Source: Microcoleus sp.
GTDB lineage: Bacteria > Cyanobacteriota > Cyanobacteriia > Cyanobacteriales > Microcoleaceae
Reading direction: 5' to 3'
Assembly (NCBI GenBank): GCA_052279835.1
Contig: CP181291.1
Location: 3,104,001-3,168,000 of the forward strand
DNA length: 64,000 bases
Shown here: positions 9,645 through 20,023 of the stretch, in pieces
Position numbering within the stretch: position 1 is the first letter of the stretch
How the letters are laid out: every line of letters starts with the position of its first letter
Position numbers and translations under genes: made by a program
The notes under the pieces: model-generated
Database searches by the model: none
Told to the model about the DNA's origin: nothing
Seen by the model: the letters and a program-made list of their open reading frames with translations, nothing else

Positions 9645-9750
9645 TATAGGAACCCTCACATCATTTCTGAATTTATTACTCCCGGACCTTAATAAAGTCC
9701 GGGTTGGGGTGGGGTAAAAAAACTTTACTACTCGTGCAAGGACTGCTATA
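9645..9750. mobile_element. Degenerate MITE-like element with TATAG...CTATA ends
   Basis: Ends TATAGGAACCCT / AGGACTGCTATA (9/12 inverted match) plus internal CCCGGAC..GTCCGGG hairpin. Confidence 0.45.
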
Positions 9751-9866
9751 TAAAGGGAAACCGATATATTTCGCTTTCCCCATTATCAACCCTGATGGCG
9801 CTACCTGACGATTTTTTGGGTTGTACCTGTTTTTACAAAGCCGAGGGCGTTTCAACTACAGCCAAA

Positions 9867-10526
9867 TCAATCATTTTCCTCGGTAGGTGCGTTGGGTAAT
9901 TGGGTATCTATGTAAGCCTGAGTCACGTCAGGAACAAACCAATTTACATCTCCCGGCTTGAAAACTTTAGCAGTAGGAACGTTAAATTCAATAGCAGCAG
10001 TCTGGGGATTAGCTGTCGCTACAAATTGAGTTCCGTCAACTATTTTAACAGCTACGCCGCCGGTCAATGCTTGTGCAACTTTATCGACCACACTTAAATC
10101 GGTGGCTTGGACATCGCTGGGTAGATAAATGCCATCACAATCCCATTTGTGTTCTGTTGTTTGGCCAGCCCCCAGAAAATAAAGAGTATTCTCATAATCA
10201 GAAGTTGCTTTTTTAGGTTTTGGTCCGTAAACTGCGAGGGTTTTTCCTGTATTGTTGCGACATTGACCCCAACTCTTGCCTGTTTCTAAAGTATATTTTT
10301 GAAACTCCAACTGAGCTATTTTTTTCTGAAGTTCTTCCGGCGTGTAATTCTGATTTGATTCGGTGGATTTTTGCGCCTCTAACAGAGTGTTAAGAGTTTG
10401 ATTTACCTCTATGTAGTCGGGATTGCTCGTGTATTTAGGCTTGTCTGAGCCAGCCAGAGAGGCGGGAGCAAAAACTAAATTTGCCGCCAGGACTAAAACT
10501 ACTAAAACAATTTTCAATAACTTCAC
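9867..10526 (-). CDS. Secreted/periplasmic hypothetical protein
   Basis: N-terminal signal peptide (MKLLKIVLVVLVLAANLVFAPASLA); two cysteines. Confidence 0.75.
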   Translation of the reverse strand: MKLLKIVLVVLVLAANLVFAPASLAGSDKPKYTSNPDYIEVNQTLNTLLEAQKSTESNQNYTPEELQKKIAQLEFQKYTLETGKSWGQCRNNTGKTLAVYGPKPKKATSDYENTLYFLGAGQTTEHKWDCDGIYLPSDVQATDLSVVDKVAQALTGGVAVKIVDGTQFVATANPQTAAIEFNVPTAKVFKPGDVNWFVPDVTQAYIDTQLPNAPTEEND

Positions 10527-10715
10527 GATTTTTCTCCTTTGGTATGTGCTTTTGTGATAGTCCTATTCCATGATTATGGTAAGGTTAATGTTGAGATAAA
10601 CCACGACGTAAAATTACGTTTTATTTTATCATTTTTGTCTCTATTGTCAAGTTCAAATTGCATAATTTTTAACAATATTTGTTGCAAATTTGATTCACAA
10701 CTTGAGAATAAATAT

Positions 10716-11378
10716 CTATCTGTAGGGGGAGAGTGGCAGTAGGCGATAAGTACCGCTCTCTATCAGAATGAATAGCCCCAAGCATATCAAAATAAAAGGG
10801 ACGAGGGCCTGAGTATACCGAGTTAAAATGTTGGCGATCGCCCTTTGGCGAGTTAGTCGATAAGCTACATAACACCAAACTGCGATCGACACATAGAACA
10901 CCGCCAGAATTACCGCCAAACTCGGTAAGTTGCTGCTAGCAAACAACGGTAAATAAATCCCAATATTGTCACCGCCATTGGCAATGGTGACAGCAGCAAC
11001 ATTAAAAACTTGAGGGTTTAAAAGATGGGCTAGTTTTGATAGTAAAGATGAATTAGATTCGCGGTTAAATTCACCGGATACGGCTTGTACTTCATCGGGT
11101 TCTTTGTCTTTATTTACCAAATGGCTGATGCCGATCGCGATCGGCACAAAACCCAGCAAACCGATAATAGCTTTTGGTACGATTAATCCACCAAAAAAAC
11201 CGGGTAAACTCGCTCCAATCAAGGCTGTAAACCCCAGATACTGACCGACAACGATATGCCGGGGCCGGAAACTAGCATTTACCTGGGCGAAGAACAGCAT
11301 CAAAATCACAATGTCATCGATGTTGGTGGCGGCAAAAGATGTAACTCCGGTAAGAATCGCTGCGGCAAACCAACTCAT
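10716..11378 (-). CDS. CadD-family (cadmium resistance) transporter
   Basis: FAATNIDD, GQYLGF, TIANGGDNIGIYLP motifs. Confidence 0.88.
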   Translation of the reverse strand: MSWFAAAILTGVTSFAATNIDDIVILMLFFAQVNASFRPRHIVVGQYLGFTALIGASLPGFFGGLIVPKAIIGLLGFVPIAIGISHLVNKDKEPDEVQAVSGEFNRESNSSLLSKLAHLLNPQVFNVAAVTIANGGDNIGIYLPLFASSNLPSLAVILAVFYVSIAVWCYVAYRLTRQRAIANILTRYTQALVPFILICLGLFILIESGTYRLLPLSPYR

Positions 11379-11396
11379 AACGATGTCCCTTTAATT

Positions 11397-12101
11397 TTAT
11401 TCAACTTCAGGTTCGCCACCGTTATTTCTGCTGAGAGTTATCAAACAGAAACAGCAAGCAACTAAAGTTATTATACTTAAAGTTGGACTTGCCAGAGTTC
11501 CACTTTGGACTAGAATCACAATTCCCAATCCAATCAATACCACAGGAACGAGATGATTGCCGTAGCGAGTCAGAGAATCGGCGATCGCCCTCATCTGAAT
11601 TAATCGATAAGCAGCATAGCACCAAACCCCAACCAGGGTAAAAAATACAGCCAGAATCACCACCAGATTCTCTAAGGTACTGCTAGCAAACAGTGGCACG
11701 TAGATGCTGATATTGTCACTGCCATTAGCCACCGTCACCGCGGCTACGCTGTAAGTTTGGGGAGACAGAAAACTGCTAAAAGCCGATGGTTCGGACTGCT
11801 GTGCTTCCGCTGCTTCAGAGTCATCTGTATCCGCATTCAAGAAGCGACCGAGCCCAATGGCGATCGGCAAAATCCCAAGCATTCCAATCCATTCTGGGGG
11901 AAATACTAAGCGACCAAAAAAACCGGGAAGGCTAGCAAAAACCAGTGCAGCAAATCCTAAATACTGACCAGCAATAATGTGCCGTCGCCGGAATGCAGCA
12001 TTTACTTGGGAGAAGAATAGCAGCAGGATGACAATATCGTCTAGGTTGGTAGCTGTGAAAGCTGTGAAACCAGTGAAAATTGCTGTTAGTAATTCGTTCA
12101 T
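11397..12101 (-). CDS. CadD-family transporter (tandem paralog)
   Basis: FTATNLDD, GQYLGF, TVANGSDNISIYVP motifs. Confidence 0.88.
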   Translation of the reverse strand: MNELLTAIFTGFTAFTATNLDDIVILLLFFSQVNAAFRRRHIIAGQYLGFAALVFASLPGFFGRLVFPPEWIGMLGILPIAIGLGRFLNADTDDSEAAEAQQSEPSAFSSFLSPQTYSVAAVTVANGSDNISIYVPLFASSTLENLVVILAVFFTLVGVWCYAAYRLIQMRAIADSLTRYGNHLVPVVLIGLGIVILVQSGTLASPTLSIITLVACCFCLITLSRNNGGEPEVE

Positions 12102-12226
12102 TTTTTTTGTCAAATTTAGATTTTTATTTGTTGTAGTATCGGAAAAAAATGTTTCCTGTTGGTAGTCGGTACTTTAGTCCATGATTTTTTTTAAGGCATA
12201 AAGTCCTGACTAATAACTGGTAACTG

Positions 12227-13747
12227 CTAATCAAAACTATCACTGTCAATGGGGAGTGGATTCAACTTAGAACTGCCGTAAATAGCATTTCCTTCGCTGT
12301 CGAATTTGGAGTGAATTGCATCCACTCTATGCCGCATCGATCCCGCCAGTTCAGGAGAACGCAGCCGCTGCAACACAAACCATCCGCAAGTAGCAACTAA
12401 GTACATCAAGAACAAGTAAGGAAACTTATCATAAGGAGCTTCTGGAGGTGGGAACATAGTGCTACCGGGAATGCCAACACTCCCCACTACAGGAATCATC
12501 ATAAAGGCGATCGCTACGACTGAAAATACGATATCTTGCAGGCGCAATTTACCAATTTTGTGCAGGTAAACTGGTGCGGCGATCGAAATTAAGACGTAAA
12601 CCGTTAAAAATCCATAGCTACAAATTGCTCCTAAATAACCCATGCAATCAAACAGTTTGATATTAAACAAAGACATTACAGCCGGAACCAAAAATGTCAT
12701 AAACGTACACATCGTCACAGCAACGTGGGGAGTTCTGTTAGAGGAATGAGCCCTACCTAATGAAGAGTGAAATAAACCGTGGCGCGCCATCATAAAAAAG
12801 ACTCTAGCCGCTGGATTTATACTGCCAAGTACGCAAGCAAAAAAGCTAAATAAAGCACCAAAACCGACAAACTCACCCAGCCAACCCATGCCTACCTGTT
12901 GCGACAGAAAACTCAAAGGTTCTTCAGTATTAGTAATTGACTGTCCAGTGCCGCTAAAACCCAGCACTTCAATGTAGGTCATCATAATGAAAAATAGACC
13001 AGCCATCACCGCACTGCCCATCACAGCTTTGGGGATATTTTTTAAGGGTTTTTTTGCTTCATCGCCCAGAGATGTAGCGCTTTCAAAACCTGAAAAACCA
13101 AACATTACTAATACCAGTCCTGTCGCTATGCTGCCAGGAGTTACGCCTTGCAAATTTAATTGCGACATATCTAAAGCAAAACCTTTGTGCGCCCAGATGA
13201 TGATTCCTAAAACTGAAATCATGGCAATAGAAACCCCCTCCAACCATAGCATCGCCATAGCTGAAAGCTGGATATCTTTATAACCGGCATACCAAGCAAT
13301 ACCTGCGCCGATCGCCAATAGTGTAATCGGTGATGGATGGATGCCCAAATGACCGATAAAAGTACCGCTAAAGTTGGCAAAACCGCACAAAACGGCCATT
13401 GCCGTAAATAAATAAGCCAGCACCAAACTCCAGCCACAAATTACGCCAGCGGTAGAGCCAAGACCTTTAACAATGTAAGCATAAAGAGAACCGGGAGAAG
13501 CCGATCGACTCGCAAATTGGTTGATATTGATACTCACAAATACTAGGCCGATCAAGCCGATCGCAAAACTCAACCAAGCACCGTTTCCTGAGAGCGCCAC
13601 GATCAAGCCGATGTTGGATGCTGGTATAGTGGTAGGTGCGATGACAGCAAAGGATTGAGCTAAAACTTCCCCAAAAGAAAGGCAATTTGGCTTTAAGCCG
13701 TGGGCACTCCTATTTGTTGGTGTTTTTGTTTGTGTGGTTGCGGTCAT
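12227..13747 (-). CDS. APC family amino-acid permease
   Basis: ~12 TM segments, GSLYAY, FSGFESATSLGDEAKKP motifs. Confidence 0.88.
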   Translation of the reverse strand: MTATTQTKTPTNRSAHGLKPNCLSFGEVLAQSFAVIAPTTIPASNIGLIVALSGNGAWLSFAIGLIGLVFVSININQFASRSASPGSLYAYIVKGLGSTAGVICGWSLVLAYLFTAMAVLCGFANFSGTFIGHLGIHPSPITLLAIGAGIAWYAGYKDIQLSAMAMLWLEGVSIAMISVLGIIIWAHKGFALDMSQLNLQGVTPGSIATGLVLVMFGFSGFESATSLGDEAKKPLKNIPKAVMGSAVMAGLFFIMMTYIEVLGFSGTGQSITNTEEPLSFLSQQVGMGWLGEFVGFGALFSFFACVLGSINPAARVFFMMARHGLFHSSLGRAHSSNRTPHVAVTMCTFMTFLVPAVMSLFNIKLFDCMGYLGAICSYGFLTVYVLISIAAPVYLHKIGKLRLQDIVFSVVAIAFMMIPVVGSVGIPGSTMFPPPEAPYDKFPYLFLMYLVATCGWFVLQRLRSPELAGSMRHRVDAIHSKFDSEGNAIYGSSKLNPLPIDSDSFD

Positions 13748-14127
13748 ACAGAATCTCCGTTATTTGTCAAGCCGAGCGCGCTCGGCTTGAACTTGTTGTT
13801 TCTGTCTTAGGATCGGGTTTATTGCCAAAGACTAGACTTTACTTTAAGCAGTTTGGTACATAAAATCAAATGTTGTTTTTTATGGAATTAATAAATACAA
13901 GTGATGAACAACACTCTAGGAAAATACATTTGGCATCCCCAAAAAACGGAACATAAATGCTGAAAGTATTGCTGCTAAAGGAAAAATATAAATAACGGTT
14001 GTCAACCGTTATTTGCCTGATTTTCAAGTTGTACAATCTAAGCGATCGAGTTGTTGCCGGTCAAAATTTAGCGGCAATATATTTTTGTTTAAAACTTTAA
14101 CTGTATTTGGCATCATAGTACCGAAAA

Positions 14128-15069
14128 ATGGCCGGAATGACCCTTGACCAACTGCGAGTTTTTCTAGCTGTAGCGGAACACCTGCACTTCAGCCGTGCCG
14201 CAGAGGAACTTTACATTACCCAACCCGCTGTCAGCGCCGCCATCCAATGTTTAGAGGTGCAATATGGAGTCAAACTATTTCACCGGATTGGCCGCCGCAT
14301 CGAAATCACAGAAGCTGGGAAATTGCTGCAAGTAGAAACACAGAAAATTCTCGACCAAGTTGCTTTGACTGAGAGAGGATTGCGAGAATTAAATGACTTG
14401 CAGCGAGGAGAATTTAATTTGGGATCGAGTCTGACAATTGGTAACTACTGGTTGCCAGAAAAACTTTGCTATTTTAAACAAAAGTACCCCGGTATTACCG
14501 TGAATTGCACCCTCGCCCATGCAGATGAGATTTGCACGGGAACAGCCACAGGAATTTTTGATTTAGGTTTGGTGACGGGAGACATTAAACCCGCGCTTCA
14601 GATTAGCTTAGAAGCAGAAGTTGTAGGTAGCGAGCGCTTGCTAATTGTGGTTGGCAAATCCCACCCTTGGTTTGATCGAACCGAAATTAGCTTAACTGAA
14701 ATTGGGGCAACGGGTTGGGTGATGCGAGAACCAGGTTCGGGAACTCAGCAAATGTTTGAACAAGCTTTACAAAGTTGGGGGATAAATCCTACTGAATTGA
14801 ATGTCATTTTAGTTTTGAACAGTAGCGAAATGGTAAAAGCTGTGGTTGAAAGTGGTGCTGGTGCAGCGGCAATTCCTGAATTAATGGTAAACAAAGAACT
14901 AGAACTTGGCACACTACGTTCGCTAAAAATTCAAGGTTTTCAGGAAAATTTTCACTCTAGTAGGGAAATAGTTCAACCTGTTTTAAAACTGAAGCACAAA
15001 CAACGTTTTCAAACGGGAATCAGTAAAGCATTTGAACAGATATTAACTCAATTTTCTAGTAATTGGTAA
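14128..15069 (+). CDS. LysR family transcriptional regulator (CysL-like substrate-binding domain)
   Basis: HFSRAAEELYITQPAVSAAI HTH; REPGSGT motif; divergent from the permease. Confidence 0.93.
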   Translation: MAGMTLDQLRVFLAVAEHLHFSRAAEELYITQPAVSAAIQCLEVQYGVKLFHRIGRRIEITEAGKLLQVETQKILDQVALTERGLRELNDLQRGEFNLGSSLTIGNYWLPEKLCYFKQKYPGITVNCTLAHADEICTGTATGIFDLGLVTGDIKPALQISLEAEVVGSERLLIVVGKSHPWFDRTEISLTEIGATGWVMREPGSGTQQMFEQALQSWGINPTELNVILVLNSSEMVKAVVESGAGAAAIPELMVNKELELGTLRSLKIQGFQENFHSSREIVQPVLKLKHKQRFQTGISKAFEQILTQFSSNW

Positions 15070-15112
15070 TGGGTAATTGGGAATGGGTAATTGGGAATGG
15101 GGCATTGGTAAT
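15062..15112. repeat. STRR-type heptamer tandem repeat
   Basis: TGGGAAT/TGGTAAT units between convergent genes. Confidence 0.75.
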
Positions 15113-15119
15113 GTGTGAT

Positions 15120-15980
15120 TTAATTAGCACTATTGAATAGTTTTTTCACATCCAAGATATTTTTACCACCATCACCAACTATCAGTGGCAATTTTCCATT
15201 CCATTTCTCGATAGCTTGTCTTGACAAAATTTCCGCAGTCAAATTGTCGCGCAACAATCTTTCTACTTCTGCCTCTCCCTTGGCTAAATTCACCTTAGCC
15301 TCTGCCTCTTTTACCGCTTTCAGTGCTAAAAAATCGGCTTTTTTTACTTCCTGTTCGGCAATTTGTTTTGCTTCTACTGCGTCGCTAAATCCAGAAGAAA
15401 AGTGAACCTGTACCAGGGAAATATCATCCACAGCAATGTGATAGTTAGCCAGTCGTTTTGTCAAAAAATCATCTACTCCACCTTTTACTTCTCCTCGCTT
15501 GGTAATAATTTCTTCCGCAGTATACTTAGCCATGACTGCTTTGAGAACTTCTTCAACTGCTGGATTGATAATGCGATCGACTACTTGTGGTTCGTCTCCT
15601 ATTTGTTGAAAAATAGCATTAGCTTCCTCTGGAACTATATGCCAATTGAGCGCCACATCTGTAAAAACATCTTGCAAGTCCTTTGAGGAAGCTTCCGCAG
15701 AAATTTCCTGTTTTTGGACTCTGACACTCAAGTTTTTGACAGTAGAAACAATGGGGACAATCAAGTGAATTCCTTCTCCTAATACCTGTTTTTGTACTTG
15801 ACCAAAGTGCATGAGTACCCCTCGTTCGCCAGCATTGACGATCGCAAAAAACCTCGATAAGATAGTTAGCAGCAAAATCAAAAGAGCGAGCTTGACTGCA
15901 ATGTCCACATCTCTATTAGTTTGATTAGCAGATTTAGTCTTAGGGATTTTACTGCTAGACTCTCCACTGTTAGATGACAT
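15120..15980 (-). CDS. Prohibitin/SPFH (band 7) family protein
   Basis: IVNAGERGV..FG, SKDLQDV, AVEAKQIAEQ, IEKWNGKLP. Confidence 0.9.
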   Translation of the reverse strand: MSSNSGESSSKIPKTKSANQTNRDVDIAVKLALLILLLTILSRFFAIVNAGERGVLMHFGQVQKQVLGEGIHLIVPIVSTVKNLSVRVQKQEISAEASSKDLQDVFTDVALNWHIVPEEANAIFQQIGDEPQVVDRIINPAVEEVLKAVMAKYTAEEIITKRGEVKGGVDDFLTKRLANYHIAVDDISLVQVHFSSGFSDAVEAKQIAEQEVKKADFLALKAVKEAEAKVNLAKGEAEVERLLRDNLTAEILSRQAIEKWNGKLPLIVGDGGKNILDVKKLFNSAN

Positions 15981-15991
15981 ATTCCTCGTCT

Positions 15992-16219
15992 CTATAGGGA
16001 TTCAAAAGTAGCAGTAAAACCATCTAAGGTAAAACATTCTTCCATAAAATCCTCTGCGTCATTGACGTTTTCAATTTGATATTCCATGATGCGTTGGCCG
16101 TCACCTTTCATTTTTTTTGAAGAAAGAGGTGTTCCCGGATATTTTTCGGCGATCGCCTTGAATGCCTTAGAATGGATATCCCAGCTTGCTGCTGAGCAGT
16201 TGATGCTTACACGCCACAT
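15992..16219 (-). CDS. Small hypothetical protein
   Basis: 75-aa ORF with RBS-like upstream sequence, co-oriented with the SPFH gene. Confidence 0.55.
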   Translation of the reverse strand: MWRVSINCSAASWDIHSKAFKAIAEKYPGTPLSSKKMKGDGQRIMEYQIENVNDAEDFMEECFTLDGFTATFESL

Positions 16220-16402
16220 AATTAAATTCCTGGTTGGATTCGATTTGCCAATAGTCTGAAACTTATTGTGCCACGATTGGGTAAATCGCAGGCGCGCTCA
16301 GATATTATTAATAATCTTGTGGTTGGGGAGGGAGCCATCATGCTCCATCGCCTTCAGGGATGTTTATCATAATATAAATTACAATAACGTGTCTTGGAAT
16401 TG

Positions 16403-16891
16403 ATGAAATACAACATCATCCCCTATAACCCGAAACTTAAGGAACTTGCCCGCCAGCTTCGCAACAATATGACTCCAGGCGAAATCAGTCTTTGGAAATA
16501 CGTCAAAGGCAAGCAAATGATGGGCTATGACTTCGATCGCCAACGGCCTATCGATGAATTTATTGTAGACTTTTATTGCAAACAATTAATGCTGGCGATC
16601 GAGATTGATGGATATTCTCATGACAGTGAGGAAGCACAAAAGCGCGATCGAGAACGACAAGCTCGCTTAGAATCGCTAGGCGTGAGATTTTTACGGTTTA
16701 CAGAAGAGGATGCAAAGCATCATGTTGAAGGTGTTTTAGACGTGATTCAGGCTTGGATTTTGCAGAATGGGTACACCCCAATCCCGCTCAAAAGCCGAGG
16801 GACACACCCCCAGCCCCTCTCAAGAGGGGAGCAAGAGGCAGTTCCCCGATTAGGAGGAGGTAGATCCAGTTCCCCTCCAGGGAGGGGTTAG
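16403..16891 (+). CDS. DUF559 (very-short-patch-repair-like) endonuclease
   Basis: ARQLRNNMT..E..LW, FDRQRPI..FIVDFYC..LMLAIEIDG..H, RFLRF; C-terminus runs into repeats. Confidence 0.9.
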   Translation: MKYNIIPYNPKLKELARQLRNNMTPGEISLWKYVKGKQMMGYDFDRQRPIDEFIVDFYCKQLMLAIEIDGYSHDSEEAQKRDRERQARLESLGVRFLRFTEEDAKHHVEGVLDVIQAWILQNGYTPIPLKSRGTHPQPLSRGEQEAVPRLGGGRSSSPPGRG

Positions 16892-17073
16892 GGGTGGGTT
16901 CCCCGATGAGGAGGAGGTAGATCCAGCCCCCCTCAAGAAGACACACCCCCAGCCCCTCTCAAGAGGGGAGCCAGAGCCAGTTCCCCGATGAGGAGGAGGT
17001 AGATTAGATCCAGTTCCCCTCCAGGGAGGGGTTAGGGGTGGGTCCCCTCCAGGGAGGGGTTAGGGGTGGGTTC
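16801..17073. repeat. Composite G/C-rich palindromic repeat array
   Basis: ACACACCCCCAGCCCCTCTCAAGAGGGGAG x2 and inverted CCCCTCCAGGGAGGGGTTAGGGGTGGGT x3, with repeated linkers. Confidence 0.85.
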
Positions 17074-18606
17074 CTACTTCAACAGTGTGGAAAAATCAAG
17101 AGATTCTGTTGTTTGGAAAAAAACTAAAAGCCGATCGACTATGCGATGGACACCACCTTTGACATTAGACTCAACATTCAAAGGCATCACCGGATCGTGG
17201 AGGGATAAACGTAACAGAAACCAGCCAGATTCGTCAGGTGAGGTGCAGGAAATCCGCAATCCTTCATAGTTATTGGGAACGATTTTCCAGTCGGCTTGAG
17301 TTGATGCAAATTCTTGCAGTTGTTCAATAACGCGATCGCCCAGAGCCCTAAAATCATCCACACTAATTTTAATCCGAAACTCCGCACTTTCTTCAGGCTC
17401 TTGCAAATTCGTAATTAAATCTGGCAATGACTTATTTGCCAGTTGTGATTTAGCCAATTCAATCAATAATTTACTAACCAAATAAGCACCATCATCCAGA
17501 AAATAATTTTCCTTCAAAGCTCCATGGCCAGAAGTTTCAATAGCCAGCCAAGATTCCTGTCCGCTTTGATTGAGACGAATCGACTCATCAATCACATTTT
17601 TGTAGCCTCGTTTAAAGCGATGGTGAATTCCCTTTAAATCCTGTTCGATGAATTGCGTTAAGCCATCGGAAGTAATGGAATCGGTGACAACGGTGGAACC
17701 AGGGTGTTCTTGTAAGACGATCGCCGAAATCAAGGCAATTAAGCGATTGCGATTGAGTTCCTTGCCGGCTCCATCGACGGCCGCACTGCGATCGACATCC
17801 GTATCAAAAATAATCCCAAAATCAGCTTGATTAGCAATTACCGCTTGACAAATTGACTGCATTGCCTGTTTATCTTCAGGATTTGGCACATGATTGGGAA
17901 AAGTGCCATCCGGTTCCAGAAACTGACTCCCTGTGGTATCAGCACCTAAAGGTTTTAAAACTTTCTCCACATAAAATCCACCCGCACCATTACCCGCATC
18001 CACAACAATTTTTAAACCCTTTAATGGCTGCTGAAAATTATCGGGATGATTAACTGCTTCGCGAATCTTAGTCACAAACTGGTTGGCGTAAACAGATATA
18101 AAATCATGTTTTTCAATGCTACCTGGAACAATGGCTAGTTTAAAATTATTACTTTCAGCTAATGCTAAGATATCTGTAATATCTTTTTTTTGTAAACCCC
18201 CATTGGCGGTAAAAAACTTTAAACCGTTGCGATTAAAAGGCAAATGGCTAGCCGTGAGCATAATTGCCCCCTCGCAATCAAAACCAGGAGTAATGGTACT
18301 CATAAACATCGCCGGAGTTGATGCCATGTCAAAATCGTATACTTGGCTACCAACAGATGTGATTCCTGCCATGACTGCTGACATTAAACTGGGCCCGGAT
18401 AGGCGGCTGTCGCGCCCGATCGCGATCGTTAACTTTTCCGCAGGTTTATGGACTTTTCCCACCAGCCAATTAGCAAATGCTTGACCCAAAATTGTGGCAA
18501 TTTCCGGTGTGAGGTTAACTTTTTCCTCGGCAACCCCTTCGAGAGCGATACCGCGAATATCTGAGCCATTTTGGAGTTTTTTCCAGTTATAGTTTTGCAT
18601 AATCAT
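17074..18606 (-). CDS. Phosphomannomutase/phosphoglucomutase
   Basis: NGSDIRG, TASHLP phosphoserine loop, FDTDVDR metal loop. Confidence 0.93.
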   Translation of the reverse strand: MIMQNYNWKKLQNGSDIRGIALEGVAEEKVNLTPEIATILGQAFANWLVGKVHKPAEKLTIAIGRDSRLSGPSLMSAVMAGITSVGSQVYDFDMASTPAMFMSTITPGFDCEGAIMLTASHLPFNRNGLKFFTANGGLQKKDITDILALAESNNFKLAIVPGSIEKHDFISVYANQFVTKIREAVNHPDNFQQPLKGLKIVVDAGNGAGGFYVEKVLKPLGADTTGSQFLEPDGTFPNHVPNPEDKQAMQSICQAVIANQADFGIIFDTDVDRSAAVDGAGKELNRNRLIALISAIVLQEHPGSTVVTDSITSDGLTQFIEQDLKGIHHRFKRGYKNVIDESIRLNQSGQESWLAIETSGHGALKENYFLDDGAYLVSKLLIELAKSQLANKSLPDLITNLQEPEESAEFRIKISVDDFRALGDRVIEQLQEFASTQADWKIVPNNYEGLRISCTSPDESGWFLLRLSLHDPVMPLNVESNVKGGVHRIVDRLLVFFQTTESLDFSTLLK

Positions 18607-18849
18607 TCATGGTAATATCTACGATACCTCAGTTTACAGCAGGTTGAAATTAAATACTGTTACATTTGTTGCGATCGCCATTATGATAGCCGAAACAATC
18701 AGTCACAAATAATTATTCATCTCTCTCTTATCTTCCTCTGCGTTCTCTGCGCCCTCAGCGGTTAAATCTTAGACATTACGGTGACAGAGTTTTTCAATTC
18801 AATAGTGAAAATAATAGCCCCATCACCGCTGAGATTAACCTCTCATTTC

Positions 18850-19755
18850 TTAATTACGCTCAACGCTGTAAATTGCAGCCAATCGAAACTCACCATCAGC
18901 AGGAACTTCGACAATATCCGTCGCCGCATTGGTCGTTTCCACGCAGATTAAACGCTGATAATCGCTATCATCAAGGTCTGCCATGTTTGCAGAGATTGTC
19001 ACCCAGGGATTCCACACGACGGCGGATTTACTACCAGAGGATTTAATGCGGATACGGCGATTCAGGGAGCTATCATCAATGACTAATTCATTGGTAACAT
19101 CGAGATAAATGCGATCGACTTCACCAGTTGCTACCACTCCACCCACTTGAGTTTTTTCCACACCACCATCGGCTTTATCAAGATACTGGGTATTTTCCAA
19201 TCCCAAAACCTGCACGAGGTTGATATCTCCTACTTGGAAATAGGTGTGGAAAGCTTGGCTGAGGGGAAAAACTTTATCACCTAAATTGCGGGTAATTAAT
19301 TCTACCGTGAGAGTGGTGCTGACCGTAATGGCGATCGTCAATTCAAAGGCTTGGGGCCACATCGCCCTCGTTTCCTCAGTATCCTTAAGCCCCAAAATCA
19401 CTTGAGTTGAGCCCTCTGGAGTAGTGCTGGTGGCTACCACATTCCAGAGGCGATTCCGCACAAACCCGTGGGCTGGACGCCCCAAACCTTCGGGATCGGG
19501 GCCAAACCAAGGCCAACAGATAGGTACACCGCCTTTGATGGCTTTCCCTTCCGCATAGTAGGCTTTTTCGCTGAGGAACATCACATCGACGGTTTCGGTG
19601 GCTGGTTGGAAGGAGAGCACTTGGCCAGAATACACAGAAATCAAGGCTTTGGCTTGGCCATTGTCGATGTGAATCATCGGAAAACCACCATTTCCGGTGG
19701 CAAAAGTGAGGTGGCCGGCAATGCCATAGTCGGTGTTTAATTGGTCAATACTCAT
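18850..19755 (-). CDS. D-hexose-6-phosphate mutarotase (aldose epimerase family)
   Basis: IKGGVPICWPWFG, HGFVR, FHTYF, VVWNPW, ICVE motifs. Confidence 0.92.
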   Translation of the reverse strand: MSIDQLNTDYGIAGHLTFATGNGGFPMIHIDNGQAKALISVYSGQVLSFQPATETVDVMFLSEKAYYAEGKAIKGGVPICWPWFGPDPEGLGRPAHGFVRNRLWNVVATSTTPEGSTQVILGLKDTEETRAMWPQAFELTIAITVSTTLTVELITRNLGDKVFPLSQAFHTYFQVGDINLVQVLGLENTQYLDKADGGVEKTQVGGVVATGEVDRIYLDVTNELVIDDSSLNRRIRIKSSGSKSAVVWNPWVTISANMADLDDSDYQRLICVETTNAATDIVEVPADGEFRLAAIYSVERN

Positions 19756-19842
19756 GCTGTTGGCCTGGTTAACTGCTTCACAATTATCTCAGGACTTTAG
19801 TATTATTGAACCGCGAAGACGCGAAGGACACGAAGTAGCTTT

Positions 19843-19902
19843 GTAGGGTGCGTCGCCGCCGGATATTCAATGGAAATTGCTGATTGTAGAAAGCGACGCA
19901 CC
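19843..19902. repeat. GTAG-type REP-like inverted repeat
   Basis: GTAGGGTGCGTCGC...GCGACGCACC. Confidence 0.6.
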
Positions 19903-19932
19903 TTTATCCTTGACTCATCCTGTGAATAAGTT

Positions 19933-20023
19933 GCCTAACAGCTTGGGCTTCAGCGGACGGACTTGCACTTTGTATCATAACTGATAGTGTAAAGATCGGT
20001 TCTGCTACAAGCCTTGGTTAGCT
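19933..20023 (-). other. Degenerate integron attC-like site
   Basis: Minus strand: AGCTAAC-CAAGGCTTGTAGCAGAAC...GTCCGCTGAAGCCCAAGCT-GTTAGGC, 91 bp, overlapping the 3' end of the 20005-20676 gene. Confidence 0.5.
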
